Positions 1 to 9,275 of a DNA stretch of 42,645 bases are shown in pieces. The notes under the pieces were generated by a model. It had not been told where the DNA came from. It did not search any database and saw only the letters and a program-made list of their open reading frames with translations. The translations under genes and the position numbers were made by a program. Position 1 is the stretch's first letter. Each line of letters begins with the position of its first letter. The DNA lies in the sequence record SRR20825010_807; one strand, written 5' to 3'.

Positions 1-1675
1 CACTACCATCACCCACTGAAGGGTTGTCCACACCATACACATTGGTAACCAGAGAATCCACCGAAAATTTATTAAATGAATTGATGAAGTTCTGGTAAGA
101 ATACCCTCCCGTAAGAGTCACATGTGTGTTCAAACCGGGAAGATCTGCCTTATATTCCCCATAAACTTCGCTCAGGTAACTTTTACGCGAATAGCTTTCT
201 ACGCCAAATGACCCAGGAGTATTATCTGTATTTTCCGATCTCAAATAGGTTGGCGAAAACCGTCTTCTTTCACCATTTTGCACATCGTATGAAAGGTTGG
301 TCACTAAAGACAGTCCTTTTATATATGGAATTTTATAACGCAGCTCCACACTGGAAAGGCTTCTAAACGTGCCGCCAATTTCCTTTCGCTCCTCAATTTC
401 TGCTACCGGGTTGCGTGCAGCCAGCGGATTGTTGAATTCGAAATACCCTCCATAAATGCTAGCCGTATCGTAGACGGGCTGTGTTGGATCAAAACTAAGT
501 GCAGATCCTACCTGATTAGATGAAAAAACATCATCCGTGAAGGCGTTCTTTGTGTTAAACTTAACCTGAATGGCGTCATTCAATAGGGACTTATTCATGC
601 TGTAGTTTAAGCTGGTCCGTTTGGTTTTGGAATGTACAAGCACCCCTTCTAATTCCTGGTAACCCATAGATAGCCTATATCCACCGTTTTCAAGACCCCC
701 GCTCACAGACACATTGTGAGTCGTTGTGCTTGCCGTTTGAACAATCTGATCCAACCAGTCGGTGTTGGCTTCACCGAGCTTGTCTTCATTACGCGCGCCA
801 TAGACACGAACAACCTGACGAAATTCATCCGCCGTGAATATGTCCACTTCATCAACGAAGGTGCTGATTCCGATGCTACCATCGTAGGTCACCTTTGGTT
901 TATCGGTACGGCCACCGGATTTGGTAGTGATGATAATTACCCCATTGGCACCCCGCGACCCATAGATAGCTGCTGCCGAAGCATCCTTTAATACGGTGAT
1001 ACTTTCGACATCACTTGGGTTGATGAAATTTAAAGGGTTTCTTCCCTGTGAAAATCCACCGGGATTGAACGGGGTATTGTCAAGAGGAACACCATCTACT
1101 ACGAACAAAGGCTCATTGCTTTGGGAAATGGAGGTTCCTCCTCTCATTTTGATAGAAACCTGACCGCCCGGCTCACCACTCTTTGGCACGATAGAAACCC
1201 CGGCCACTTTACCTGTGAGTAGCTGATCCGGAGAGGTCATCACACCTTTGTTAAAGTTTTCTGAACTCACTTTGTTTACCACGCCCGTTACATCGCCTTT
1301 TTCAACGGTACCATATCCAACCACGATAATTTCGTTGAGGGCCTGCACATCGAGCTCCATCGTCACTTTGATTGTCGTCTGGGCACCTACAGCTATTTCC
1401 TTTGGCTTATAGCCCACAAAAGAAAAAATCAAGGTGCTGTTGTCGGAAACTGACAACTGATACTTTCCGTCCAAATCGGTGGTTGTTCCATTTAATGAGC
1501 CTTTCTCCAAAATGGTTGCGCCAGGCAAGCCATACCCTTCTTCATCCAGAACTGTTCCTGATACGGATCGCTCTTGAGCAAAGGCCGTGGATGCTCCTAT
1601 AACCAGCAGTGCCGTGAAAGCAAATCGGAAAATCGCCGTTTTCCATGAATTAAACTTTGTACGCGTTTTCATCAT
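1..1675 (-). CDS. susC: SusC/RagA family TonB-dependent outer membrane receptor, 5' part (runs off the left edge; not in the ORF track)
   Basis: Manual minus-strand translation from ATG 1675: MMKTRTKFNSW...STAFAQERSVSGTVLDEEGYGLPGATILEKG...LNEIIVVGYG...EPLFVVDGVP...NPSDVESITVLKDASAAAIYGSRGANGVIIITTK, the SusC plug signature. The first bases of the window are open in the same frame. Confidence 0.95.
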   Translation of the reverse strand, partial: MMKTRTKFNSWKTAIFRFAFTALLVIGASTAFAQERSVSGTVLDEEGYGLPGATILEKGSLNGTTTDLDGKYQLSVSDNSTLIFSFVGYKPKEIAVGAQTTIKVTMELDVQALNEIIVVGYGTVEKGDVTGVVNKVSSENFNKGVMTSPDQLLTGKVAGVSIVPKSGEPGGQVSIKMRGGTSISQSNEPLFVVDGVPLDNTPFNPGGFSQGRNPLNFINPSDVESITVLKDASAAAIYGSRGANGVIIITTKSGGRTDKPKVTYDGSIGISTFVDEVDIFTADEFRQVVRVYGARNEDKLGEANTDWLDQIVQTASTTTHNVSVSGGLENGGYRLSMGYQELEGVLVHSKTKRTSLNYSMNKSLLNDAIQVKFNTKNAFTDDVFSSNQVGSALSFDPTQPVYDTASIYGGYFEFNNPLAARNPVAEIEERKEIGGTFRSLSSVELRYKIPYIKGLSLVTNLSYDVQNGERRRFSPTYLRSENTDNTPGSFGVESYSRKSYLSEVYGEYKADLPGLNTHVTLTGGYSYQNFINSFNKFSVDSLVTNVYGVDNPSVGDGS

Positions 1676-1692
1676 ATTCTTAAATCAAATTG

Positions 1693-4428
1693 TTATTGCT
1701 TAATAAATTTCCCCCTGCTGACCTGCCCATCTATGGTTGTTATTTCATAGAGATAGGTTCCGGGCTGCAGTTGGTTGATGTTAATCCGGCCTTCGGGCTT
1801 TCGCTCATTTAGCACCAGACTACCTGATAGTTGGTAGATTTTTACCTCCTCAACCTTGAGGATCGTTTTAACAGAAATAGATTCAGTTGTTGGGTTAGGA
1901 TAGATTTGAATTCCTCTATCCACATTCGTAAAGCCCGTGATGAGATTTATAGGGTCTATACTGATGTAATTTTCAATGATTTTGGAAACGTAGATATGAA
2001 ATTCGCCTGGAACCAAGGTAATCGGCTCATTCGGATCGCTCACCGTAATTTTCTCTCCAGTGAAATAATCAAACCAATCTCCCGCCGAAACAAAATGAGG
2101 ATCTTCCGTTTTGGTGCTTTTATCGAAATTACCAAAAACCGAAACCTTCAAATTGGGGCCATCGTAATTGATCCACTTTACCGATCCGGACGACTTCCAG
2201 CTAAAGTAATCGTCGCTTAAATAGTCTGTTTGTGTTTTTAGGTTGATAAGTGATTGATACATCGCTACCAACCGTGCGCGATCGGTATCTTCGAGATACT
2301 CCCAACGGGTTTCTTTTATCCCCAATCGGTCGTTGTTCAGCTCTTCGTCGTACCCTGTTTCGCCAAACTGCCATACCATCTTAGGGCCAGGTACAAGGAA
2401 GAAAAATGCCGCATTCAACTCTAACCTGTTGACCAAAAATCCCAATGATTTGGTTGAGCCTTTTGCTGCATCCCACATGACACGCTCTTCATCATGGCTC
2501 TCCATATATCCGACCAGGTTTGCATTGGTCCAACCACGGTCTGCATGATAAAGCCAGTTTAGGTTATCCGTCCTTTCTTTGGCAGTGCTCCGAAAAGTAC
2601 CATTCACATTGCCCCATAACATCATTCCACTATTGGAGAGCACAGTCTCCTCTGAATTGTCGGCAAAATGCTCCAGGATAATGTATGTTTCCGGATCAAC
2701 ATCCGTTATGTAGCCGGCATATTTGTTCCAGAGACTAATTCTGGTGGCATCATAGCCACCCCAGGCTCCTACATTTCCCAATGTATTTTTTTGGGTGAAC
2801 CCTTTCGATAAATCAAATCGATAGCCATCCACTTTGTATTCTTCTATCCAATAGCGAACCACATCCTTCACATATTCCTGAGTGTAACTGCTCTCGTGGT
2901 TGAAATCATAGCCCACGTTGTAATCATGTTTAGGTGTAATATTGAACCACGGGTTCTGAGCCGTAGGCGGGCCAAAATCACCGCTGGCATACATTTTCAC
3001 CAACGGGCTTCTCCCGAAATGATGATTCAAAACCATGTCGACAATAACTGCAATGCCACGTTTATGCGCTTCATCGATCAATTCTCTGAGCTGATTTTCC
3101 GTGCCATAATATTTATCGACAGCAAACATGTAGGAGGGGTTGTAGCCCCAACTTAGGTTACCTTCAAACTCTGTAACCGGCATAAGCTCAAGCGCATTAA
3201 ATCCCAAAGAATCAATGTAATCCAGACGGTCAATCACCGATTGAAAGGATCTTTCATCAGTAAAGTCACGTATCAAGAGTTCATAAATAACCAAGTCTTC
3301 TTTAGCAGGTTTTACAAAGTCCGTAACCTCCCAATTGTAAGCTGCCTTTCCGGTTTGGAGGTAGGTTGCTTCCTGCTTTGCATAATCAGATGGGAATGGC
3401 AATAAATTTGGATACCGGTTTTCTGAAATGATTTCCGGATCGTCGTAGGAGGAACTTACTTTTTCAGAATAAGGATCTGAAATAGTCAATTCCCCATCAA
3501 TAAGATATTGATAGATATATTCTTTCTGTGGAGTTAAATTCTCAATTGTAAGCCAAAATTTGTCGCCATCTTTTTTCATCAGATAGCTTTGGTTAAGCTC
3601 CCAGTTATTAAAATCACCAATCACAAAAACGTTTTCCTTGAAAGGCGCTACAAGCACCAAAGTGGCTTTTGTTTGGTCATTGGCGTAATAATTAATCCCC
3701 GTTTTTATGCCCTCAGGTAAGCTCTCCTCAACGACCGTCGGGGCAATGCTGTAGGTGTGTTTGAAGGATTCTATGTCAGTGCCGTTTGTTGCCGATACTT
3801 CGAGATTATGAACCTGACCATCAGCTATTACCTCATGTTCATAGAGCAGGGAGGTCACATTTGATTCCGTCACCAGAGTGGTATTGTCAACACTCACCGT
3901 GATCGTAGCAGCAGCTGATGTGGCCACATCAACTTTAATTTTTTCTCCAGCGGCGTAAAATGAGCTGGTTTTTATTGGTGAATTTACTTTTAACGAAAAC
4001 CCCTCAGGGATTTCAAATACGTGATCGGTTGTCTGGCCGTTCGACCAGTCGTTACCCTTAAGTAGAACACCAACTTTTTTGATTTCAGAGGCAGATTTGT
4101 TTGTGAAATCAGTGAGCCTCAGTTTGATGGAAAAGGTAACAGCCCCATTTATAACTTCTCTGGTAAATTTTGCTTTGTCTGTAGCGGCTGAGTTGCTGTT
4201 GGCCGGGTTCACATTCGATGCAACATCCACATTGCTCAAATCGGGTAGCCAGAGCCAAAGCCATGCTTCTGATAAGCCAGACAAGGTTGTTCCTGAAACT
4301 TTATAACTAATTGTAATTTCATCCTCTGGGCTAAAAAAATCCGGAGACACAGTAGGATTAACTGCAACAGATTGCCCGAATGCAGTAGCTGATAGCAGTA
4401 CTAGAAAAATAGAGAGATATCTCAGCAT
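1693..4428 (-). CDS. GH13 alpha-amylase family glycoside hydrolase with CBM48-like domain and T9SS type A C-terminal sorting domain
   Basis: Signal peptide; VFVIGDFNNW (CBM48-like); YELLIRDF and WGYNP; catalytic motifs GYRFDLSKGF, ILEHF and SHDEER; C-terminal IYPNP...GTYL...KFIKQ (T9SS CTD). Confidence 0.92.
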   Translation of the reverse strand: MLRYLSIFLVLLSATAFGQSVAVNPTVSPDFFSPEDEITISYKVSGTTLSGLSEAWLWLWLPDLSNVDVASNVNPANSNSAATDKAKFTREVINGAVTFSIKLRLTDFTNKSASEIKKVGVLLKGNDWSNGQTTDHVFEIPEGFSLKVNSPIKTSSFYAAGEKIKVDVATSAAATITVSVDNTTLVTESNVTSLLYEHEVIADGQVHNLEVSATNGTDIESFKHTYSIAPTVVEESLPEGIKTGINYYANDQTKATLVLVAPFKENVFVIGDFNNWELNQSYLMKKDGDKFWLTIENLTPQKEYIYQYLIDGELTISDPYSEKVSSSYDDPEIISENRYPNLLPFPSDYAKQEATYLQTGKAAYNWEVTDFVKPAKEDLVIYELLIRDFTDERSFQSVIDRLDYIDSLGFNALELMPVTEFEGNLSWGYNPSYMFAVDKYYGTENQLRELIDEAHKRGIAVIVDMVLNHHFGRSPLVKMYASGDFGPPTAQNPWFNITPKHDYNVGYDFNHESSYTQEYVKDVVRYWIEEYKVDGYRFDLSKGFTQKNTLGNVGAWGGYDATRISLWNKYAGYITDVDPETYIILEHFADNSEETVLSNSGMMLWGNVNGTFRSTAKERTDNLNWLYHADRGWTNANLVGYMESHDEERVMWDAAKGSTKSLGFLVNRLELNAAFFFLVPGPKMVWQFGETGYDEELNNDRLGIKETRWEYLEDTDRARLVAMYQSLINLKTQTDYLSDDYFSWKSSGSVKWINYDGPNLKVSVFGNFDKSTKTEDPHFVSAGDWFDYFTGEKITVSDPNEPITLVPGEFHIYVSKIIENYISIDPINLITGFTNVDRGIQIYPNPTTESISVKTILKVEEVKIYQLSGSLVLNERKPEGRININQLQPGTYLYEITTIDGQVSRGKFIKQ

Positions 4429-4442
4429 TGATTTGGTTTAAT

Positions 4443-4473
4443 AATGGGCCACCCGAAAATCGGGTAGCCCATT
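4443..4473 (-). terminator. Stem-loop between the SusE/F-like gene and the GH13 gene (leaky terminator or mRNA stabiliser)
   Basis: Minus strand AATGGGCTACCCGA-TTT-TCGGGTGGCCCATT, a 14-bp stem with one G-U pair and a weak U tail. Confidence 0.7.
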
Positions 4474-4490
4474 TTGAAAATTTGAGAAAG

Positions 4491-5909
4491 TTATTGTTTG
4501 GTAGCAGTAGATGAGTACGCTCCAGCTGTAGAAGACAAAACGATCTTATACGATCCAGCTTCTGCAACAGATAGGTTTCCTCCATCAACTGTAAGTGCGG
4601 CAGCATCTCCACCCAGGTTGTATGCCCAGTCATCGTTTGCTCTGAACTTATATTCGCCAACAGTAAGATCAAGAGTCGCCGAATAGGTGGTAACACCATC
4701 AACGAACCCATCCGCAACCATATCAGTATCAGCATCCCAGCCACCAGGCGTAGCAGCACCAATTACACCAAAAGATGCAGCAGAATAAGTAGCACTCCAG
4801 GTCAATCCCTCATCAGCAGTCTTAACAACAATGTAGTAAGAACCCGCTCCTGGCGAAGCGACATTCGCTCCATCTTTAGCTACAGCTCCTTCCACGCCCA
4901 CTTGCAGGGCACCACCCAGGTTGAATGCCCAGTCATCATTTGCTCTGAATTTAAATTCACCAGTAGCAGCAAGTGTTACCATACCAATCCACATGTGAGT
5001 GCTTCCGTCTTTTTTGTAGAAAAGATCCTGATCTGCATCCCATCCTCCAGCAGTTGCATCGCCAATCACACCTAATTTATAGTCATTCGGATCAAACGTG
5101 ATAACGGCTGCATCACCTGTTCTGGTGAGGCTCCATGTAATACTCTCACCGGCTCCCGGAGCATACGTAACTGACACGGTATAAACCCCGTCATTGCCAT
5201 CGAAAGTGAAATCAGTTCCTCCAGCTACACCTTCCATACCAAAATTGGAGTGGATATTCAAGCCATCAATATCCTCGATATTGGTATCCCAGTTGCTGTT
5301 GTATCTGAACTTATAAGCACCCGGCTTTCTCAAAGTAATATTCACCCCTTCGAAAACAACCCCATCTGCAGAAGCCGTTTTGACAGCCAACTTTTGACCT
5401 GAGTTCCAGCTGTCTTCAGTCGCAGAACCAATGATTTCGAAGTAATCAACCATCGTTACAAAGTAAAGGCTGGAAGTAAGGTCGACATTCACATGATAAA
5501 GGCCAGCAGTTGCTACTGTAAACGCAGCACCATTTTCTGTCAAAGCACCTCTATTGTATGTAAGGTCTGCATTACCTGCTAATGCAATGGCTTCAGAAGC
5601 ACCTCCAAAGACAGTAGCTACGTTGTTTGAATAAAGCACCAAATTAACGGTACCTGCGCCTAAGTAGATATAGGCTGAATAGAAGCCTTCTCTGGCCTCT
5701 CCTGACCCAACTGTTCCTGCACCTAATTCCAATGCCGCCGCTGGGGTTTCACTGGTTGCTGTACCTAATACATAGAATCCATCCGCTACCACCGGATCTT
5801 CATCTATTATGATGGGATCGTCATCCCCACCACAAGAAATTAATACACTCGCCACGGCCATTGAAAATACCATGGAAAGGAATTTGATTGATTTGTTCAT
5901 CTTCTTCAT
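4491..5909 (-). CDS. SusE/SusF-like surface lipoprotein with tandem starch-binding modules
   Basis: Lipobox LISC followed by acidic GGDDD (lipoprotein export signal). Repeated GVIG(D/A)AT(A/P)GGWDAD...E(F/Y)KFRANDDWA(F/Y)NLGG modules. Located in a GH13/SusC locus. Confidence 0.85.
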   Translation of the reverse strand: MKKMNKSIKFLSMVFSMAVASVLISCGGDDDPIIIDEDPVVADGFYVLGTATSETPAAALELGAGTVGSGEAREGFYSAYIYLGAGTVNLVLYSNNVATVFGGASEAIALAGNADLTYNRGALTENGAAFTVATAGLYHVNVDLTSSLYFVTMVDYFEIIGSATEDSWNSGQKLAVKTASADGVVFEGVNITLRKPGAYKFRYNSNWDTNIEDIDGLNIHSNFGMEGVAGGTDFTFDGNDGVYTVSVTYAPGAGESITWSLTRTGDAAVITFDPNDYKLGVIGDATAGGWDADQDLFYKKDGSTHMWIGMVTLAATGEFKFRANDDWAFNLGGALQVGVEGAVAKDGANVASPGAGSYYIVVKTADEGLTWSATYSAASFGVIGAATPGGWDADTDMVADGFVDGVTTYSATLDLTVGEYKFRANDDWAYNLGGDAAALTVDGGNLSVAEAGSYKIVLSSTAGAYSSTATKQ

Positions 5910-5942
5910 ATAGTTTACGTGTGTTGTTTGATAATTTTTAAA

Positions 5943-5956
5943 TGCAATCGTTTTTA
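5943..5956. promoter_or_regulatory. Candidate LacI-family operator upstream of the PUL
   Basis: TGCAATCGTTTTTA matches 9 of 10 specified positions of TGNAANCGNTTNCA and lies 34-47 nt upstream of the SusE/F start. Confidence 0.4.
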
Positions 5957-6270
5957 GGAATATTCATTTTATTATATTTTCATAATCCGATTGTTCAAAT
6001 ATCAATTTCATAATCGACCTTTCAATCGTCTTACCCAATACAATTGGTTATCAGTTCTTCGCTGATTTGTCGAGGAATATAGGAACGCCGAAAATAGAAA
6101 AGTGTCTCTAAGTGCGTTTAAAGGGGATTTGGCTCTCAGGAGGAGTTAACAAATGGTTATCAATTGTTTTTTTGCAGACTGAATTTGCGCTGTGCCCATT
6201 TTTACCAAATTAACAACTATTGCCAGTATTGTTAACTGGTTGTTAACTATGAATGAAGAAGCCGGTGGCT

Positions 6271-9165
6271 TTATAGTGATAGAATAAACTCGGAGAGTCC
6301 CTTCCCAGAGTCTGTTTTGATCTTGTTTCGTATACGCGTACGGGACACCTTTACGCTTTCCGGCGAAATCCCCAGAATAGATGCGCATTCTTGAATGCTC
6401 AGGTTCAAACGAATAAGCGCACAATGACGTAGGTCATGGCTGGTAAGTTCGGGGCATTTTATTTTTAGCTTAGCATAAAACCCAGTATAGATCTGCTCAA
6501 AATAAAGCTTGAAATCCTCCCAATCTTTGTCCTGCTTGAAACTCTCATCGATAAACCGAATGGTTTTTCGTATTTCGGCATTCGTGGTTTTATCGGCATC
6601 CTTGACGACCTTTTCCAATCTGCTTTTCAGGTGAAGCAGCGTTTCATTTTTCTGGATGATATTAAGGGTATGGGTTGTGATCTGCTTGTTGCGGTATTCT
6701 ACCTGATCCTCCAATTGCGTCTCCTTTAATTGAAGGTATTTCAAATCGGCATCAGTTAAGGCCGCTTTTGCGTTGAAAACAGTCTCGTTTTTCTCGATCA
6801 GTTCCTGCTTCTGTTCGATGATGTGGTTCTTTTGCTCAATGATCTCGTTCTTTTGCTTTTCTATTTCCCTCGTGCCTTCTGCAACTAGTTTCTGCAGTTT
6901 CTTTTTCTGATTGATGAGATTATAATGATAAATTCTAATTGACAATGTCACAATCAGAACCGAGAAAAGGCAAAACAACAGGTATGCCCACCATTTCATA
7001 TACCAGGGGTTCAGCACGCGAAACTGCAAGGCCACTGGTGCACTCCATAATTGACCCACGCTTTTCGCCATCACTTCAATGGTGTATTCACCTCGGGGAA
7101 TACCAAATAAGGAGATAATTTGATTGGATGATGGCAAATTCCAGTCATCACTTAGGCCAAGAATACGCGTCTTGTATTGGATTTCATAGCCCGGGTATGT
7201 GAAGCACCTGAACGACACCTCCAGATTTGACTGATAAGGGATATTCATCAGATCCTTTTCTGTAAAAGCTGATTTATCCCCCACGATCACATTCTCAATA
7301 ATAGGTCTAGGTGTACTCTTTGGCTTTACGGATGCCAGGTTGAGTCTGGCCATCCCCTTGGCCGTTGCGACTGTAAGCTCCTTACCATCAGAATAGAATC
7401 CTCTTTGCCGAATTAACCTGGAAGGTAGTCCGCTAGCAGTGGTGAAATGAACACTCTGGTTTTCCGACCAAAAAAACACCCCGTCATTTGTTCCAATCCA
7501 AAGATTGCCTTCTGCATAAATAACAGCCCGACAGGCGTAAGAAGATGGGTCTTTTGCAAAAGGAACTTTTGAAGCGGAAGTATAATTTCCGTCCACATTC
7601 TGAATTTCGAGGACACCTTCATTCGATGCAAGAAAGATCCGTTCATCTGAAAAAGTCATGTCTTCGATTCGAATGTTCGGAGAGATCGGATAATCAAAAT
7701 CGATTGCAAGAGGAACAAATGTTTGCTCTGCCCGATTGTATTTGGACAAGATGTTTTGCTGACCACTTCCTGCGATATAGATATCGCCATTGGGAGCATT
7801 TCGAATCACATTTGCCACTTTACCCTCGATCTGACTTACCAGCCCTTCTTTATCAATTCTAACAATGCTGGAGATTGAATTTGTGACCCATACTTCCTCC
7901 CCAATTTTGTTGATTTGGTTTACCACGTTAAAGTCCATCCCAGCATCATATATTAACTCAAAACGCTTAGAAGGGACGAAATACTTAAACACACGACCCA
8001 GATGATCGCCAATCCAAAGCTCATCCTGATCAAGGTATATGGAGGTGAAAAAATAGTCTTCGGCAAGCTGAATTAATTCTTTCTCATTCGTTTTAAAATT
8101 TTGAAGATAAAGTTCCTCTCCAGTCGTGAGGTATAAATTCCTTTTCTCGTCGTACATGAAAGATTCTATGCGATACTTTCCTGTTTCACCGAAGGCAGAG
8201 AAGGGGGTCTTTTTTAGAAGAGCAATATTTTCACTCCCGGCGATCCATATTTCATCAGATAATTCATCGTAATACAAATCGACAATATCGTTGAATTCAA
8301 TACCTTCGAACCGTTTCAATGTAGACGCGGGATCATCGTAATAAAAATAATAAAGGCCTTTATCCCAGGTTCCCACCACAACCAAATCTTTGACCAGCTT
8401 CAAGGTAGATATATCCGTTACCTCCGTATGACTGGCTATTTTTGTTATATTCTTGTCACTATCCACCTTTAGGATCGCAATGCCATCGTTTCCTCCTATT
8501 ACAAGATTATCTCCTTTTACAGCTGTGATACTGGTATATTCCTTTAGTGGTATGTCTACATCAACCGGATCAAACGCCTTTGTTTGGTCATTCCAAACCA
8601 AAAACTGGCCGCTATAGGAAACCACCCATATAGCTCCAAAAGCGTCTTCTGTAAATGAAAAAGAGCGGTGGTAGTTGTAGTTGTTTCCAAAGACAAATCG
8701 ATTTTCACCTGATTCATCAAACCGAACGATGGAATTGCTTTCTCCGACCCATAATATTCCTTTCGAGTCAACAAAAACGGCTTTGGGGTAAAAGATGGAA
8801 CCCTGCAGATTGGTTCCCTTATAAATAGTATGTGAAATCCGTATAGAGTCTCTGTCCCGCAAAATGGATTGCACCCCCGAATCATTGATCACAACCAGCT
8901 CATGGTCGCCCAATTCAGCAAATTTCTTGGTGTAGAGGCTACTAAGCCCCTGGGTGTGTGTGGTTGTTTCCTGTCCATTGTAGGACAAAACACCCAAATC
9001 AGTAGCCAGCCAAATGTAGCCTGTGGTATCTTTCCAAATACCTTTGATTACTTCATTAGCCTGTGCATTAGGGAATGAGTAGTACTTATAGCCAGGTGTT
9101 TTCTGAGCAAATCCTAAACATGAGTTCAGAACCACAAAAAGGGTAAGAAGTATTCGATCAAACAT
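6271..9165 (-). CDS. Membrane-spanning one-component PUL sensor/regulator (beta-propeller, Y_Y_Y, TM helix, coiled coil, C-terminal LuxR-like HTH)
   Basis: Signal peptide; GYIWLATDLG-type propeller repeats; Y_Y_Y segment (YKTRILG...GEYTIEVMA); PWYMKWWAY TM helix; C-terminal LTSHDLRHCALIRLNLSIQECASILGISPESVKVSRTRIRNK. No histidine kinase or receiver motifs seen. Confidence 0.85.
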   Translation of the reverse strand: MFDRILLTLFVVLNSCLGFAQKTPGYKYYSFPNAQANEVIKGIWKDTTGYIWLATDLGVLSYNGQETTTHTQGLSSLYTKKFAELGDHELVVINDSGVQSILRDRDSIRISHTIYKGTNLQGSIFYPKAVFVDSKGILWVGESNSIVRFDESGENRFVFGNNYNYHRSFSFTEDAFGAIWVVSYSGQFLVWNDQTKAFDPVDVDIPLKEYTSITAVKGDNLVIGGNDGIAILKVDSDKNITKIASHTEVTDISTLKLVKDLVVVGTWDKGLYYFYYDDPASTLKRFEGIEFNDIVDLYYDELSDEIWIAGSENIALLKKTPFSAFGETGKYRIESFMYDEKRNLYLTTGEELYLQNFKTNEKELIQLAEDYFFTSIYLDQDELWIGDHLGRVFKYFVPSKRFELIYDAGMDFNVVNQINKIGEEVWVTNSISSIVRIDKEGLVSQIEGKVANVIRNAPNGDIYIAGSGQQNILSKYNRAEQTFVPLAIDFDYPISPNIRIEDMTFSDERIFLASNEGVLEIQNVDGNYTSASKVPFAKDPSSYACRAVIYAEGNLWIGTNDGVFFWSENQSVHFTTASGLPSRLIRQRGFYSDGKELTVATAKGMARLNLASVKPKSTPRPIIENVIVGDKSAFTEKDLMNIPYQSNLEVSFRCFTYPGYEIQYKTRILGLSDDWNLPSSNQIISLFGIPRGEYTIEVMAKSVGQLWSAPVALQFRVLNPWYMKWWAYLLFCLFSVLIVTLSIRIYHYNLINQKKKLQKLVAEGTREIEKQKNEIIEQKNHIIEQKQELIEKNETVFNAKAALTDADLKYLQLKETQLEDQVEYRNKQITTHTLNIIQKNETLLHLKSRLEKVVKDADKTTNAEIRKTIRFIDESFKQDKDWEDFKLYFEQIYTGFYAKLKIKCPELTSHDLRHCALIRLNLSIQECASILGISPESVKVSRTRIRNKIKTDSGKGLSEFILSL

Positions 9166-9225
9166 GTAAGACTTGATGTTGAAACAAACTAGTGGATGAC
9201 CAAGTAATTTATTCTATTTTGATAG

Positions 9226-9255
9226 AAACAAAAAAGCAGGCCAATGGCCTGCTTT
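9226..9255 (-). terminator. Intrinsic terminator of rimP-nusA-infB
   Basis: AAAGCAGGCC-AAT-GGCCTGCTTT, a perfect 10-bp stem, with a T run on the minus strand about 20 nt after the infB stop. Confidence 0.85.
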
Positions 9256-9275
9256 CATTTATCCGTTTGAAACAA

